A DNA stretch of 64,000 bases from Vicugna vicugna (Eukaryota). Position numbers and translations under genes: made by a program. The notes beneath the pieces are model-generated. The model was given only the letters and a program-made list of their open reading frames with translations. It did no database searches and was not told the origin of the DNA. The stretch covers positions 1,999,061 to 2,063,060 of the forward strand of contig MU058423.1 of the NCBI GenBank assembly GCA_013265495.1. Reading direction: 5' to 3'. Of this stretch, positions 1 through 13,545 are shown piece after piece; position 1 is the stretch's first letter; each line of letters begins with the position of its first letter.

Positions 1-79
1 ACATGCTGAAATATTTAAGGGTAAATAAAGGGACATGATAGCTCCAACTTACTCTAAATGGTTCAGAAAACTTTCAAGA

Positions 80-420
80 AATGAATCATTTCCTCCGATT
101 TTGTTGCCCTGCAGTCCTTATGCTTCACATGATCTAATCTGTCTTTTCAAGTTTTAGCCATAAAATAACCATTCCAGTCAACCAGCGGGGCAGAAGATGG
201 GAGGAGGATCAGCAGGTTCTCCTCCTCTTAAGACACTACCTGGACGTAACTCACTAAGATTCCACTTCTGTCTCATTCACCAGAATGTAGACTCTGGCCA
301 CACTTAACAAGGAAGGCTGGGAAGTGTATTCTGTATCTACTTTGGCCCAGCTGGAAATCAGGGGCCTTATTTCTAAGGAAAAGGAAGAGAGCAAGCACTG
401 GGATCACCAGTAATCCCTTC
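80..420 (-). mobile_element. Old MaLR LTR fragment (MLT1J/K-like)
   Basis: Motifs 'ggccacacttaacaaggaaggctgggaagtgtattct' and 'ggcccagctggaaatcagggg' resemble MLT1J/K consensus; boundaries approximate. Confidence 0.5.
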
Positions 421-984
421 CTCAAGTACCTACTGGGTCAATCACACGACACAATGCATGGAAAGCTCATGGTACTTAGCAAGATTCAGTTAAAACTGTC
501 ATTTCATGATTTCACTTACATTATCCAATTTGATCCTCATAGTAATCATATGAGTTAAGGTAAATATGTTTATCTTAACTGCAGATTGGGAAACTAAGAT
601 TCAGAGAGGCTAATTACAGTTGTCGCTGGTGGTGGTAGTTTTTGTTTGCTTTGTTTTAAGGAAGGAGACAGTCGAGTCTAAGGGAAAGGAGTGGGAGCCT
701 AATTCTGGAGTCCCAGCTTCTTGAGACAGAATCTACCTTCCATAAAATCCTGTAATTCTATGTCCCGTGACTTTCTGAATATGGTGCATAAATCTGCAAG
801 GTGTGGGATGGAACGCAAGTCCACTAACTACCACTGTGGGGCGCTTTCCCACTGTCTCCCATTTGAATCAGATTGTTGAAAATGACATGGCTCTCTAGCA
901 GCAGCCGCTCCTTCCCACGGGTTGAAATCTGAACAAATAAATCAGATTATACAATTTACGAATAGATAATCCAAATAAAAGCCA

Positions 985-1130
985 GCCTTTACTGAGCACA
1001 TACTGCATACTAGGCACTGTGCTAAAACTCTCCCCACACTGGCTTGCTTCACCCTCACAACAACCTGAGGAGACAGGTAGGCTTATAATCCCCTTTTTCA
1101 TCAGGTAAGGAAACCAAGGCCTAGAGAGCC
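985..1130 (-). mobile_element. MIR SINE
   Basis: 'tttactgagcacatactgcatactaggcactgtgcta...ccctcacaacaacctgaggagacaggt...cccctttttcatcaggtaaggaaaccaaggcctagagag' is MIR core-like. Confidence 0.75.
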
Positions 1131-3049
1131 AATGTATTTTACAAATATTTGAGAAGAAGAATATGTGTACTCCAGAGGGTTTGGTTCTTTCCCAGTCCTG
1201 AAAAGCATTTGATTTGAAGTCATCTTTACATCTTAGGGGTGACATTGCTGGTTGCCTCCCCAGTATCCATTCTCTCCTGTGCTGTGAACAGATACAAAGT
1301 TTTGACAGGGAAAACTTCCATAACAAATGGTGTAGACAGTTCCTGAGGTCACCAATATAGTAGGAAAATATATAGTTAACTGTGTTACTATCTGCCTACT
1401 TTAAGATAAATGGTGCTTTAGCCTTAGTGGTTTATAGCAGCTGGAAGAGAGTATTTCATTTGATTGTAGGCAGTTTAGAGGTGAAAATTGGGTGTCTTGC
1501 AAAGGAGATGGGAATTCAGGGTCTCTCAGTTATTGGACGCAACTTCTAAAGACAGAGGCAATAAAAGCTTTCTTTGCTACTTCTTATTGGCTATTCCGCA
1601 AAATTCTCTTGCTACTCCCTGTGTTGGGTGGAGATTCCGATTTAAAGAGCCCTTGATGGTGTTTTCTGTGTAGTTGTCCTGTGTCTCACATGTCAAATTC
1701 CATCCACCTATAAACACTGGTGAGGTTATAAAGTTAATAGAATGTGAGTGCTTCTGTCACCAACTGTATTTCAATTGGACACAAAGTTGTAGATTTTATA
1801 TTTCCTAGGGTGTTTATTACATAGAGTATCTCACACAAATGCAATTAACTTCTGAGATCTCACAAGCCATCTCTGTGAGCCCACTATTACCAAGAAGCAG
1901 CCAGCTTTGAGGAAAACCAGCCCCTCAACCCAGATGCAAATAACCTAGTGGGAAAAAAAAAATAGACTTCTGCAAATGTTTACATTCATATTAACATGAC
2001 CATGGATAGTATTTCCATGACATTTAAAAAAATTATGAACTCCTTTAACTGGTCAATCAGTTAATCGATCTTTTTAAAGCATGTTCTATGTGCCCAGCAT
2101 AGTGAAAATACAGGGAGAAATTGTATGACACCCTAACCAAAATTTGCCTGGACGGAGACAAAAATCAGGTACACTTAAAATTAGTCAAAGAATTACTAAA
2201 ATGTAAAAAAATTTAAGTTAAGTATAAAAACTTAGTGCCAGAAGAGCTCAGTATGGGCTGGGGTAGTCAGGGGAATTCTATGTGTTCATAGTAAAAATTC
2301 TAGACAGTATAAAATGTATAGTGTAGAATTCCGATTAAGTTCCAAGCAATGCTTAATAAAGGGTGCTGACCCTAAATTTCCTTACTCTGTAACCTTGAAC
2401 ATGTCACCTAAACTCTCTGTAAATTGAAGCTATTGTGAGGAAATGAGTTAGTATGTAAACTATGAGAATGTGAAAAATTATATGGATGAGTTGTGAGATA
2501 GTGTTTAAGCTCTGAAAACCCCAGAGGCTTGGGGGCAGGGCTGGACAGCTATAGCTAGCATCCTAATAGTGTAATTGGTGATGGAGCGAACTGATACCTG
2601 ATTGAGGTGTTTTCAGATATGTAGAAGAAGTTCTTCCATATAGTTGAGGGTGAAGGTAATCTCTATGACCCCTCCGAGCTTTGAAATTCCCAGATGCCAG
2701 GGAATAAAGCTATAGTCACATAGGGTAAAAGACAGAGTTCAAAGAACATGGTTATAGGTGGGAGCTCTCTGGATCATGACAGATGCTCCAGAGAGCATCT
2801 CTAATCTTAGGACAAAAATTTCTATACAATGCTTTGCTTGAATGAATTGAAGTGAGAGCAGACTGCCCCCTTCCCCACGTCCAATCCCTCAGGCACAAAG
2901 AGGAGATGTCTGGTGAAGTGGACGGGTATCTGCGTGTTATTACAAGGCCAGCTCTGTGTGGGTTCAACTGTTTGAAGAAGAGGAACTTGATCTAGACCAG
3001 AGGGGATGAATTCTTGTCATCATCTCTTCCACCACCATCATGAAATTAG

Positions 3050-3680
3050 CTCATCCTGGACCACCTCAGTAGCCTCTGAACAGTCCACCTAGATCCACCC
3101 TGGCCCGCCTCTGATCAGTTCTCCATTCAGCAGCTTGAAGGGTCTTTCCAAAACACACAGCTGATGGTTTCCTTTGCTCCTCAGACAAAGACAAAAATTC
3201 CTAACATGGTCTAAAGGCCTCGTATGGTTTGCCCCTTTCTACCATTCCAGCCTCATCTTACTCCCCATCCCCCACTGGTCTGCTTTCTGTCCCACACACT
3301 CACTGAACTCCCTCCCATCCCAGGGCACATGCTCTTCTCCACCCTTATCACCATGTGAACTCCTATTCATACTTCAGGGATCATTTCCAAATTATCTCCA
3401 CAGGGCAGCCTTTCCTGACCAGACTGAAGTCCCCTATTATGGGTTTTCATTTGCCAGGTAACATGCTGCTTCTTCATTGCACCTGTCACAATGACAATTT
3501 TACATTTGTTATAATTATTTGATTTACAATTTAGTGCATTTGATTTATGTCTATCTCCCCCTAAGTCTTCATAAGGACAGCCCTGTGTGTCTGGTTACTT
3601 AACATTTTATCCACAGTTCTCAGCACACCACGAGGCACATCACTGACACACAAAAATTTTGTTGAGTGAATGAATGAACA
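3050..3680 (+). mobile_element. L2 LINE 3' fragment
   Basis: Pyrimidine-rich L2-like body ending 'cacagttctcagcaca...aattttgttgagtgaatgaatgaa' (L2 3' tail). Confidence 0.65.
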
Positions 3681-4639
3681 TAATCTATGTCAGTATTTCC
3701 CAAAATCCCATGAAATGGTCCCAAGGAAAAAAAGTCAAATGAGTTTAGAAAACACTTTACACTGTGTTATCCAAGCCTTCACCCTTGCCCCCATACATTT
3801 TTGCATACAAAAGACCAGCAAGTCCTGCAGTAGAGAAGCCTTCAACTTAATTTGACCGCAGAATGTAAACCCGGGTTTCCTAGGATGTACTCTGGGCAAC
3901 GTTTCTACTCAAGGGAGATATCTTAGCTGCCCACGCGAGTGCTGTTTTTGGTACAGCAAATGGTAAGACGAGTTCTAAATGTTTCCTAAGAGCAATTTCC
4001 CAAGAGTTAAACTGTCCTGGGAATCCAGGCAAGTCTAGGATTTAGGATTTGACAAATGGAGCCACAAATACAAACAAGCTCTACGAACAGAAGCTGCCCC
4101 ATTAGCTGAAGGATGGACTCAGGGCAGCTCGTAGTACAATAAACACCTGTTCAAAGAATGAATGGAAGGAGAAAATACCTGGGGTGATAAACCCTCAGCT
4201 TGGGGGGGGGGGTCCCAGCTTCTCTTAGAAAGGATAATTGTGTGGTCAAACTTACAATTCAAGTGGGAGGGAAAGATTTTTAAGCCTTGGTGGTTAATGC
4301 ATGGACGTTTTAACCAGCTAGTTTGTGAAGACTTGGGGGGGATAAACTGCAGGGTTCACAGGAGCTCACCCTGTAACAGGATTTCAAGAGGTACTGCTGA
4401 CACTCTGAGGGTAAGTATGTACTGATCTTCACTTGTTGGTTTTGTGATCAACATTTTGTCAGTTGTCATTTTTTCCTAGGATTTAACATTAACTTCCTTT
4501 TTGTCAAATCCAATGTTTTCTTCCACCCCCCGCCACCACCCAGTGTTTACCCTCCTTGATCTTTTAGTATCTTTTTAACAGTGTTCAGCAAGCCCTCCTT
4601 GAAATCCTTCTTGCCCTTGTTTCTGTGACCCGCACTTTC

Positions 4640-4889
4640 TTTTTTTTTAATTGAGTTATAGTCAGTTTACAATGTTGTGTCAATTTCCAGTGTAGAGCAC
4701 AATTTTTCAATTATACATGAACATACATATATTCATTGTCACATTTTTTTTTGCTGTGAGCTACCACAAGATCTTGTATATATTTCCCTGTGCTATACAG
4801 TATAATCTTGTTTATCCATTCTATATATGCCTGTCAGTATCTACAAATTTTGAATTCCCAGTTTGTCCCTTCCCACCCCTCTTCCCCCT
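4640..4889 (-). mobile_element. L1 3'UTR, 5'-truncated
   Basis: PolyT start, 'tttccctgtgctatacag' L1 3'UTR motif, TSD gcactttc at 4632-4639 and 4890-4897. Confidence 0.9.
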
Positions 4890-4899
4890 GCACTTTCAA

Positions 4900-5260
4900 C
4901 TCAAGAGCATTTCAACCAATATTTATTGATCATCTGTGATGTGCCAGACACTGGGCTATCATCATTTATTTATGAGCTCATTCATCAACATTAATTGAGT
5001 TTTCTACTGAATATCAGGCACTGTGCCAGTGACTGAGATACAAAGATGAACAGGATAACAATCCCTGACCTGAGAAGCTGCACAGTCTAGGGAAGAAACA
5101 CAACTAACACATCATGGCAGGATGAGGCTACGATACAAGTACAGACTCGGGGTTACGGTCCTCAGAGAAAGAATCAATTGCTTCTCTCTGGGAGGGAGGG
5201 ATGCATTGCATAGCACAATGCCTGGCACGTACTAAATCTTCAATAAGTATATGTCAAAGG
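4900..5260. mobile_element. L2 fragments
   Basis: 'atttattgatcatctgtgatgtgccagacactgg', 'caggcactgtgccagt', 'gcacaatgcctggcacgtactaaatcttcaataagt' are L2 3'-end motifs in both orientations. Confidence 0.6.
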
Positions 5261-5670
5261 AACAAAAAGCCTTCCACGCAGAGAGAATAACATGAATACA
5301 GGATTTTTAGGAAGCCCTACTGGCTAAAGCAGTGGTTTTCAGCTTGGTGGGCCAGATTATCAAATTCTCCAGGGGTGTGGAAGGTACAGTGATGGGGATT
5401 TTTGTCTGAAAGAGATTTTTTTTCTTGCTGTTACTATTTAATTTATAAGTTTATGCACATGCATATTTAAAAGCACATTGCATAAATTATTAATTTATGG
5501 ATTCAATTTTATACATTTTTATATCAAGGATAAGAATGAAATTTATTGCTTTTGTAATACAAGTTACAGAAACAAAAGCTCAAACTATGAAAGCCAGTAG
5601 ATAAATACAGAAGAACACTGAAGTTCTGCAGCAAAGCCATTATCCTCTTGAAGGTAGTGAGGAAATTTTT

Positions 5671-6276
5671 TTTTAATTAATTGAAGTATAGTCAGCTTAC
5701 AATGTTTTGTCAATTTCTGATGTATAGCATAATGTTTCAGTCATACATATATTCACTTTCATATTCTTTTTCATTATAGGTTACTACAAGATATTGAATA
5801 TAGTTCCCTGTGCTATACAGTAGGACCTTGTTGTTTATCTATTTTATATATAGTAGTTAGTATCTGCAAATCTTAAACTCCCAATTTATCCCTTCCCCCT
5901 TTCCCCTTTGGTAACCATAAGTTTGTTTTCTATATCTGTGAGTCTGTTTCTGTTTTGTAAATAAACTCATTTGTGTCTTTTTTTTTTTAGATTCCACATA
6001 TGAGTGATACCATATGGTATTTTTCTTTGTCTTTCTGGCTTACTTCACATAGAATGACGATCTCCAGGTCCATCCATGTAGCTGCAAATGGCATTATTTT
6101 ATTCTTTTTTATGGCTGAGTAGTATTCCATTGTATAAATATACCACAACTTCCTTATCCACTCATCTGTCAATGGACATTTAGGTTGTTTCCATGTCTTG
6201 GCTATTGTATATAGTGCTGCTACGAACATTGAGATGCATGTATCTTTTCAAATTAGAGTTCCCTCCAGATATATGC
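5671..6276 (-). mobile_element. L1, 5'-truncated: ORF2 C-terminus plus 3'UTR
   Basis: ORF 5987..6229(-) [19 protein letters not shown]...[10 protein letters not shown] is the L1 ORF2 end; imperfect TSD agtgaggaaattttt (5656-5670) / agtggggagattttt (6277-6291). Confidence 0.95.
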
Positions 6277-6423
6277 AGTGGGGAGATTTTTATGTTTAAC
6301 AAAACTAGGAGCAGAATATTGAGTTGTAAGGGACTGTCCTGTAGGTTAGGGTTAGTCACCAATGTCAGATCAAAATCACCTGGGGATCTTGTTTAAAAAG
6401 AAAATTCCCAGACTCCACCTGAA

Positions 6424-6940
6424 CTAGTCAGGGTTCTCCAGAGAAACAGAATCAATAGGATGTACATATAGATAGATGATATATACAGATATAGATACAG
6501 ATATTGATATAGATGTAGATAGATATGTCCCAAGACCTGCAGTCGGCAAGCTGGAGATCCAGGTGAGCTGACAGTATAAATTCCAGTCCGAGTCCAAAGA
6601 ACTGAGAACCAGGAGAGCCGATGGTATAAGTTCCAGTCCGAAAGCCAACAAGCTGGAGAACCAAGAAGCGCCAAATTTTCAGTTTGAGTCTGAAGGCAGG
6701 AAAAGACCGATGTCCCAGTTCAATCAGGCAGGCAAGAGGAGTTGCCTTTTACACAGCCTTTTTATTCTAATTAAGTGTTTGGCTGAGGCTCACCCATGTT
6801 GGGGTGGGGGTAGGGGGACAATTGGTTTTATTCAGTCTGCCAATTCAAATGTTAATCTCCTTCATACACACCTTTCACAGACACATCCAGAATGCATTTG
6901 ACCAAATGTATGGGCACCCCAAGGTCATTACAATTAACTA
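6424..6940 (-). mobile_element. MLT2B-like ERVL solo LTR
   Basis: 'tagtcagggttctccagagaaacagaatcaatagga', internal GATA-like simple repeat, and 'caagctggaga...agttccagtccga' internal repeats typical of MLT2B. Confidence 0.8.
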
Positions 6941-7194
6941 CCTTACCGCCTTACAGTACATACTGAAATTTGAGGAACTTTGCAAGCCATCTGGAACCAT
7001 GGAAGGTTTTCAACAAGACAAGTAATTTGATCAGATTATCTGGGAACCACTTAAGAAGAAACCCTGGCATTTCTGTGGAAGGGGAGTGGTGGCACGGTAG
7101 GGAAGGCAGAGTTCAGTGGGTGGAACAGATTGGAGCTGTTCATGCAGGGCACAATGATGAGGTCCTACTCTCCCCATGCTAATGATTCCTGCTC

Positions 7195-7670
7195 CTCTTA
7201 CTACTGCTCTGTAACAAACTACCCCAGTGCTTAGTAGCTAACAACAACTGGGGACCAGGAATTTGAGAAGGGCTCCACGGGGCTGTTCAAACCTGAGGTC
7301 TCCCATGTTGTTGCAGTCTGAAGCTGTCATTTCACCTGGGCTAGATATACAAGATGAGTCATTCACTTGGCTGGCAGTTGACATTGACTCTCATTCGCTA
7401 CACCCGGCCTCTCCAGCAGGGCAGTCCGAGGGCAGTCAGGCTTCTTACGTGGAGTCTGGCCTCATTCCAGCGCAACCAGGCAGAAGCTCCATGGCCTTTT
7501 TTGACCCAGAAGTCACCCAGCAGGTCTTCCCCTGTACTCTATTAATTAAAGCTTTCACAAGCCTGCCCAGATTCAAGGGCAAGGGAATTGGACTGTACTT
7601 CTTGATGGGGGCAGTGGCCAGGTCACAATGCAGTGGGAGATATTGCTGTGGCCATCTTTGAAAGATACAG
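7195..7670 (-). mobile_element. MaLR LTR (MLT1H-like)
   Basis: 'ctgctctgtaacaaactaccccagtgcttagtagct...cccagattcaagggcaaggg...tggccatctttgaaa'. Confidence 0.65.
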
Positions 7671-8174
7671 ACTGACATGGCTCCCAAATCAAGCTTTTCC
7701 ATCCCGACCTCTTATCTACTCTTCTGTTTTGGATACACAACCACCCACAAGATATCTCACTGGGAAGTCCTGTGGTCAACTCAAACTCAAGTCTGAAACA
7801 GAATTCCTGACAACATCCCTCTGTCCCATGTCTTATTATTTTGTTAATAATAATAACTTAAAAAATAAAATAGACTAACTCTTTTACCTCTGACTCTTCT
7901 TTCTCTGAAAATGAACCTGCTACCAAATCCTGTCTGTTCTCCTTCTTCATATTGACTCTTGGATTCTCTTCATCACACGCCCTCCCCTAGGTCCAGCTGA
8001 CTCCTCCTCACCTCTTGGCCCCCGAGCTGGTCTTCCTGCCTCTACCTTCTCCCTTGCTCCTACCCACTGTACGTGCTCTAGCCTGGTTAGTCTTTCCCAA
8101 AGCCCACATCCCGCTTTCCTGCTCAACATTCTGGAGTGGGCCCCTCATGGAAGTCCATTTCCCAAACTTTCTGA

Positions 8175-8600
8175 TAATAGGTTCCCTTCAAAGAGTTCAG
8201 CATGTAGGGTGTTTCTTAAGTAATGACTTTGAGATTGACACTTGTGGAAGGAAAGGGAAAGGACTAAGACTGGGAGGAAGAAAAAAGGGACCTGCAACCA
8301 GACCCAGCAACAGCCTCAGCCGACGCCATGGGGATCTCTGGAGTTGGAGTGTCCCCCTAACTTGTGGCCTTCAGAGCTGTCCCAGGATGAGCTGAAATGG
8401 CTAGGCCTTTATATTTCTGCATTGTTCAGTCATTAGATAGGCCACTGTGGAAACGACCATGATCTGGGGCAAGGCAGCGTCTGAAGCTAGGGAAGCCCTG
8501 AAGGGGCTGACAGCTGCAGGTGTCCGCTCACCACGCTCACAGGAAGCAACAAGCCCTTCACTGACCAGCCTGTAGACACGTGCCCCAGAGTCCCCCACAT
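8175..8600 (-). mobile_element. LTR16A-like ERVL LTR
   Basis: 'cagcctcagccgacgccatggggatctctggagttgg...ggcctttatat...ggcaaggcagcgtctgaagctaggg...gggctgacagctgcagg'. Confidence 0.6.
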
Positions 8601-11029
8601 TCACCACCCTCACCAGCACCCTGCTCCTCTCTTCAATCATACCACCTGCAGATTGCCTTCTCCTTGGTGGTCTCAGAATCAACTTCAAGCCCTTCTTCAT
8701 TCAACCTTTAGCAAACTCCATTCCAGATCACTCTCTCCAATTTGGCTTATTCTCTGGTTATTTCCTGTATGTTACTTGGCCTCACATCACCCCAGCTGGG
8801 TTATACACCCTTTGAGGGGAGGAATGGAGGCATGCCTTTTCCCCAGGACATCAGCACAGAGATTAAGTCCATACATACTCATAGTTGGAGCTTAAGAGGT
8901 GTTTGATGATCCATTAACTGGAGCCTCTGGTTAATGTACAGATTACTCAGAGCTTACTGTTTCCAGTATCCATTACCATAGCAGAATGAATGGCTTAGGA
9001 AGCCATCACCTCCTTGAAAAAAGCTAAAACCCTTGCTAGCTGTGCAGAGCTGGCTGTGCTGAGCCTGGAGCAGGAGCAGGGCCTGGGCACCAGCCCACTC
9101 TGACTCAAGTAATAGCCTAATGTCCCACCCTCTACCCCGTCCCTTTGTCCCCTCCCCCACAAAGCTGAGCCAGGGATTCTTTGGTCTCACAGGGTGCTGT
9201 GTATATTTAACTAATTAGTGGCCATAAAGTGTTGCTCAAATGCCAAGTGTAATTATGGCAAGCAATTATTTTTGCCTGGAGAGGCAGCATTCCAGCCATT
9301 GCCGAGGGAGGGAGATAAATGATGGTGCATTCTCTGGCAGCCGTGGGAACAAGAGCTGTTTTCCTGCCCTGAGGATCAGGGACCCAGATACAGCTTTCTG
9401 ACACCCAGGGCACACCTAGGCAGGAATGCCCCATAGGGTCACCTTTCTCTTCGTAGACTCGTTATTGCTTTGGCCCAAGGGAAGGCATCCTGGAAACGCA
9501 CCGCCAAAAGCCACCACCAGGCAACGTTGTGTGTGCTTGGGCCACTCACAGCAATTTCTCCTCCCTTGACTCCAGAAAGGTTGTGGGCAAAATCCAATGG
9601 GATGTTACCACCACCCCACAGAGCCTGTAATTTAACAATAGCCTCCACAATCATAATAAAAAATTAAAAATAAAGCACTTTGGAGCTCCCTAAATGGAAG
9701 TTTCCATATGGTTTTCATAGTTAGAGTTCTGTTTTTCCCTCCGGGTAGGTTTTTATAAATAACCATTGGGAATGCTGAACGGAATTTTCACGCTGACTCT
9801 CTCTCTTTTTACATAGGAGCTCCAAGCAATTGTTTATCTCGTGGTCTTTCTCCCTGAAGGTCCACAGAATTAGATAAGATAAATAAAAAGGTAGATAGGA
9901 AAGGAAAAAAAGAAGGAAGCAAAGGTATGGAGAGAACTTACACAATGTATTTATTTAAAAAGAAATTCAGTTCTATCTTGTGTCTTGAGAGAAATACAGA
10001 TTTATCCCAATATCCTAACCTGCTAGGTGGAGTCTTGGCTGAACACTTGCCGTATATCCAGCATGATTCTATGGTGTTTCATAGGCATTATCTCATCACT
10101 TCTCACATTAACCTGGAAGTAGATACTATTATTCACCCATTTTGTAGAGTGGAGACTGAGGCCAATAGGAATGAGGGAACTTATCCCATGTCAGCTGGAC
10201 CCCAAAGCCAGGCCTCCTAACAAGATCACTCTGCTACTAAAGGCTGGGGCACACCGTAAATGTGTATGAATTGTCATTTTCTAAAGGAGAACCAGGGCAC
10301 TGTAAGGTTCTGGAATCATGAAGAAACTCTCATGCTAGCTCACTGGACACCGGAGAAGCATTTCTCACCCCTTCGCCCACTCAGGGACTATGCAGTCGCA
10401 GGAGACTTCTTGATGGATGCCTTCCTGTGTCTCTCACTCTGAGCCTTTTCCAAGAGGTTGAAAGTGAATACGGAATCTTTTTTCTCTGAGTGAAATTTGA
10501 GTCCATGTCCATTATTTGCACTCAGAAATAATTTATACAAAGATGTTCTTTCATATGAAATCTTTCATTTACTCACCTAGAGGCAAAATCTTTCCTGCCA
10601 TGTGCCCTCTCCACCACCAGTCCTAAGACAGTGTCTGCTTCCACTGTGGACTCTCAGAGCATCCTGTACTTTTCCCCCAGAACCCCCATCGTAGGGTGGG
10701 ATTGTATGCTGGCATAACTACCTGTCCAGTATCTCTGCCTCACCGGATGTAAACTCCACCAGGCACAGATTGAGTCTGTGTTGCTCTGTGCAGCATCCCC
10801 AGGTGTCCCCAGTACAATGCCTGGACAAAACAGGCGCCCAGATCCTGCTGGAGGAGTAAAGGATGCTATCTGTGGCATCATTTGGCTCTGAGAAAATGTG
10901 ATCACAAGCTGCAAGAGAAACCTGCCTCTCTAAAACCTTTAAAGGTTCAGTTAAATTTCGAGATGAAGTAAAGAGTACACAGTTTCAACTATTTTTGAAA
11001 TGAGAGTACTGACTGGCTCTCCATCGTGG

Positions 11030-11270
11030 TTGAGAATACTGGTTCTGGAGTCAGAGGGTCTGGTTCTCATTCTCTGACTTGGATCACTATTCACTTCCTG
11101 GTGACAGTCAAGCATTTTAATCTCTCAGTGTGTCCATTTCCTCTCAAGTAAAGTGGGGCTGAACCAATGTCAAAGCAATGATGTAAAAATTTAATGAGTT
11201 AACACAAGCGAGGGTTCAGAATTGTGCCTGGTGCCTGGGAATCCATAAGTGTTGGCCATTATTATCAGGG
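11030..11270 (+). mobile_element. MIR SINE
   Basis: 'ggttctggagtcagagggtctggttctcattctctgac...aatctctcagtgtgtccatttcctc...gtgcctggtgcc'. Confidence 0.65.
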
Positions 11271-11452
11271 TAGCTATCAGCCTAGAATTCATACAGTTCC
11301 GCAGCCAACTTGAATCATTCCTAAGAATTCACAGGATATGAAACCAAATTGAGGCCAGGTGTAAAGGCATCTGGACTCAATATTGCTGCTTGTCAAGATT
11401 CCTTAAGAGGCCAAAGGGAACCTCTCCCAACCCGTCTCCCAAGTGTCATTGA

Positions 11453-11827
11453 TTTTTTTTCTTTTTTCTTGTTGTTTATTTTTTTTAAATTGAAGTGTAG
11501 TTGGATTACAATGTTGTGTTAATTTCTGATGTACAGCATAGTGATTCAGTTGTTGACATATATTTTTTTCATATTCTTTTTCATTATAGGCTATTACAAA
11601 GTATTGAATATAGTTCCCTGTGCTATACAGTAGGACCTTGTTGTTTATCTATTTTATATATAGTAGTTAGTATCTGCAAATCCCAAACTCCCAATTTATC
11701 CCTCCACCCACCGCCTGTAAGCAGTTTGTTTTCCATGTCTGTGAGTCTCTTTCTATTTTGTAAATAACTTCATTTGTGTCATTTTTCTTGATACCATATA
11801 TAAATGAGATCATATGGTATTTTTCTT
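11453..11827 (-). mobile_element. L1 3' end, 5'-truncated
   Basis: L1 3'UTR similar to 5671-6030; perfect 18-bp flanking direct repeat tctcccaagtgtcattga at 11435-11452 and 11828-11845. Confidence 0.95.
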
Positions 11828-13239
11828 TCTCCCAAGTGTCATTGACTTTATTGCAGTTGTCCCATGGTCTCAGGAAGCAGGGAATTTCTGGTCTTCCGAG
11901 GCCTTTGGCTGAGACTCCTGCCTGCTCTCCTGCTGTACTGCCTGGTTGGATTAGATGCCTCAGAAAGATCCTTTTAATTCATAGAACTTATGACTCCAGG
12001 AAAATTTCAGTTCCTGCTGAAAGTCATTCAAATCCTCCATCATTCCTCCCTCCACCCCCCATCATTCCACCCATTCTCCCTTCGGACCCTAGGACTCTTC
12101 CAAAATGTGCCCCTACAGGATGCCCCCCATTTAACGCCCCCTCCAGGCTGTGCCCCAGTCACCTCAAATGGCCAGAAGTTCCAATTTAATAATAAAAATG
12201 TCCTGCTCTAAGTGCTTTACAAACATGTTGACTTATAACCCACAGGAACCCAATGGGTGGGTGCTAGTGTTACCTTCACCTTAACAGATGATGAAACCAA
12301 GAAGAGAGGTTGATCGACTTGCCCAAGGCTGCTCTGCTGGGAAGTGCAGAGCCAGAATTTGAATCAATCACTGGGCTCCCGACTACCACCTCACTGAGCC
12401 TCTGAAGGAAGGTCTCGCCACCCTGCCCCTGGGGAGAGCTCCAGGAACTTTCCCCTCAGACCATTGGTCAGGTAAATGTGAGGCAAGGAGAGAAACGAAG
12501 ATGTGTGCACAAACCCAGGCAAGCAAGGAGCATTGTGGGGGGTGGTTAGGAGGGCCGGCTCTACAGAAGGACTGTGTGGGTCGGTGTGCTGGACTTTTTA
12601 CTTTCTAACCCTGGTAAGTAAAATGGGAAGAATAATCCTCATAATAGTACATATCTTACACGGTTGTTTTGAACATTTAGTTAATACATATTAAGCCCTT
12701 AGAACAGCGTCTGGCAAATATTAAGTCCTCGATACTTTTTTCCTGCCTTTTTTGATCTTTTTACATTTTCTCGGGAGGCAGAAGCAGCAATGAATGCTTT
12801 TGTAGAAAGAATATTAGACTTGGAATCAGAAGATCAGGTCTGAATGCCGGCTGTCTTCTGCTTACTGTAATGCTCAAGGGTGCAGCATTTTCCCTCTCGG
12901 AGTCCTCACTTTTCGCATCCTGAAAATGGGTAAGAAAACAATTTCACTTGACTGAGATAGAGTGACTGTAAAAGAGCTTTGTAAATTCTAAATCTAAAAC
13001 AACTGTGCAATTAGTGGTTAAAGAATGACCGCATTTTGTTATTTAGGGCTTCTCCGAGGAATAAGCCGATTGTTGCCTGGCAGGAGGTCTTCAGACTAAT
13101 GACTAGAATTCCACCATTGGAGATTTACTCTCTATGTCCCCCAGGCTTTTGGTTTTCAAAACTCTCCCTTTTAAGGGAGTCTCCGAAAGTGGAGAGCCCG
13201 GTGTCTCTGAGTGGAGAAAAGAAAATTCTCAGGAATGTG

Positions 13240-13545
13240 ACTGCCGTCCTCAAGGAGCTGAAGCCAGGTCAGAATTCTGAGTGACTCACCCAAGAGGCAA
13301 GTACTGAGTCTCTGAGGGGGAGTAACAAGGGTCGGATTTAGTGTCTAGAAGAAAGGAAAACAGTTCGTTTGATTATAGCTCTCAGAAAGTGGGGAAGGCT
13401 ACTGTGATAGTGAGTGCCCTGTCACTGGAGGCATTCAAGCAGAGACTTGAGACCACTCAACCGGGATGTGGTAGAGGAGACTGTAATGAGGTAGGAGGGG
13501 AGAAACTAGTGGACCTGGGCCTAGGAAATTTTAGTTCTTCCTAGG
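13240..13545 (+). mobile_element. CR1/L3 LINE 3' relic
   Basis: 'gtgagtgccctgtcactggaggcattcaagcagagactt' is the characteristic L3/CR1 3' motif. Confidence 0.55.

Noticed and set aside
828..846. CTCF-like site ccactgtggggcgc (similar weak match at ~60625-60640)
   Set aside because: Two or more mismatches at informative core positions; expected by chance in 64 kb
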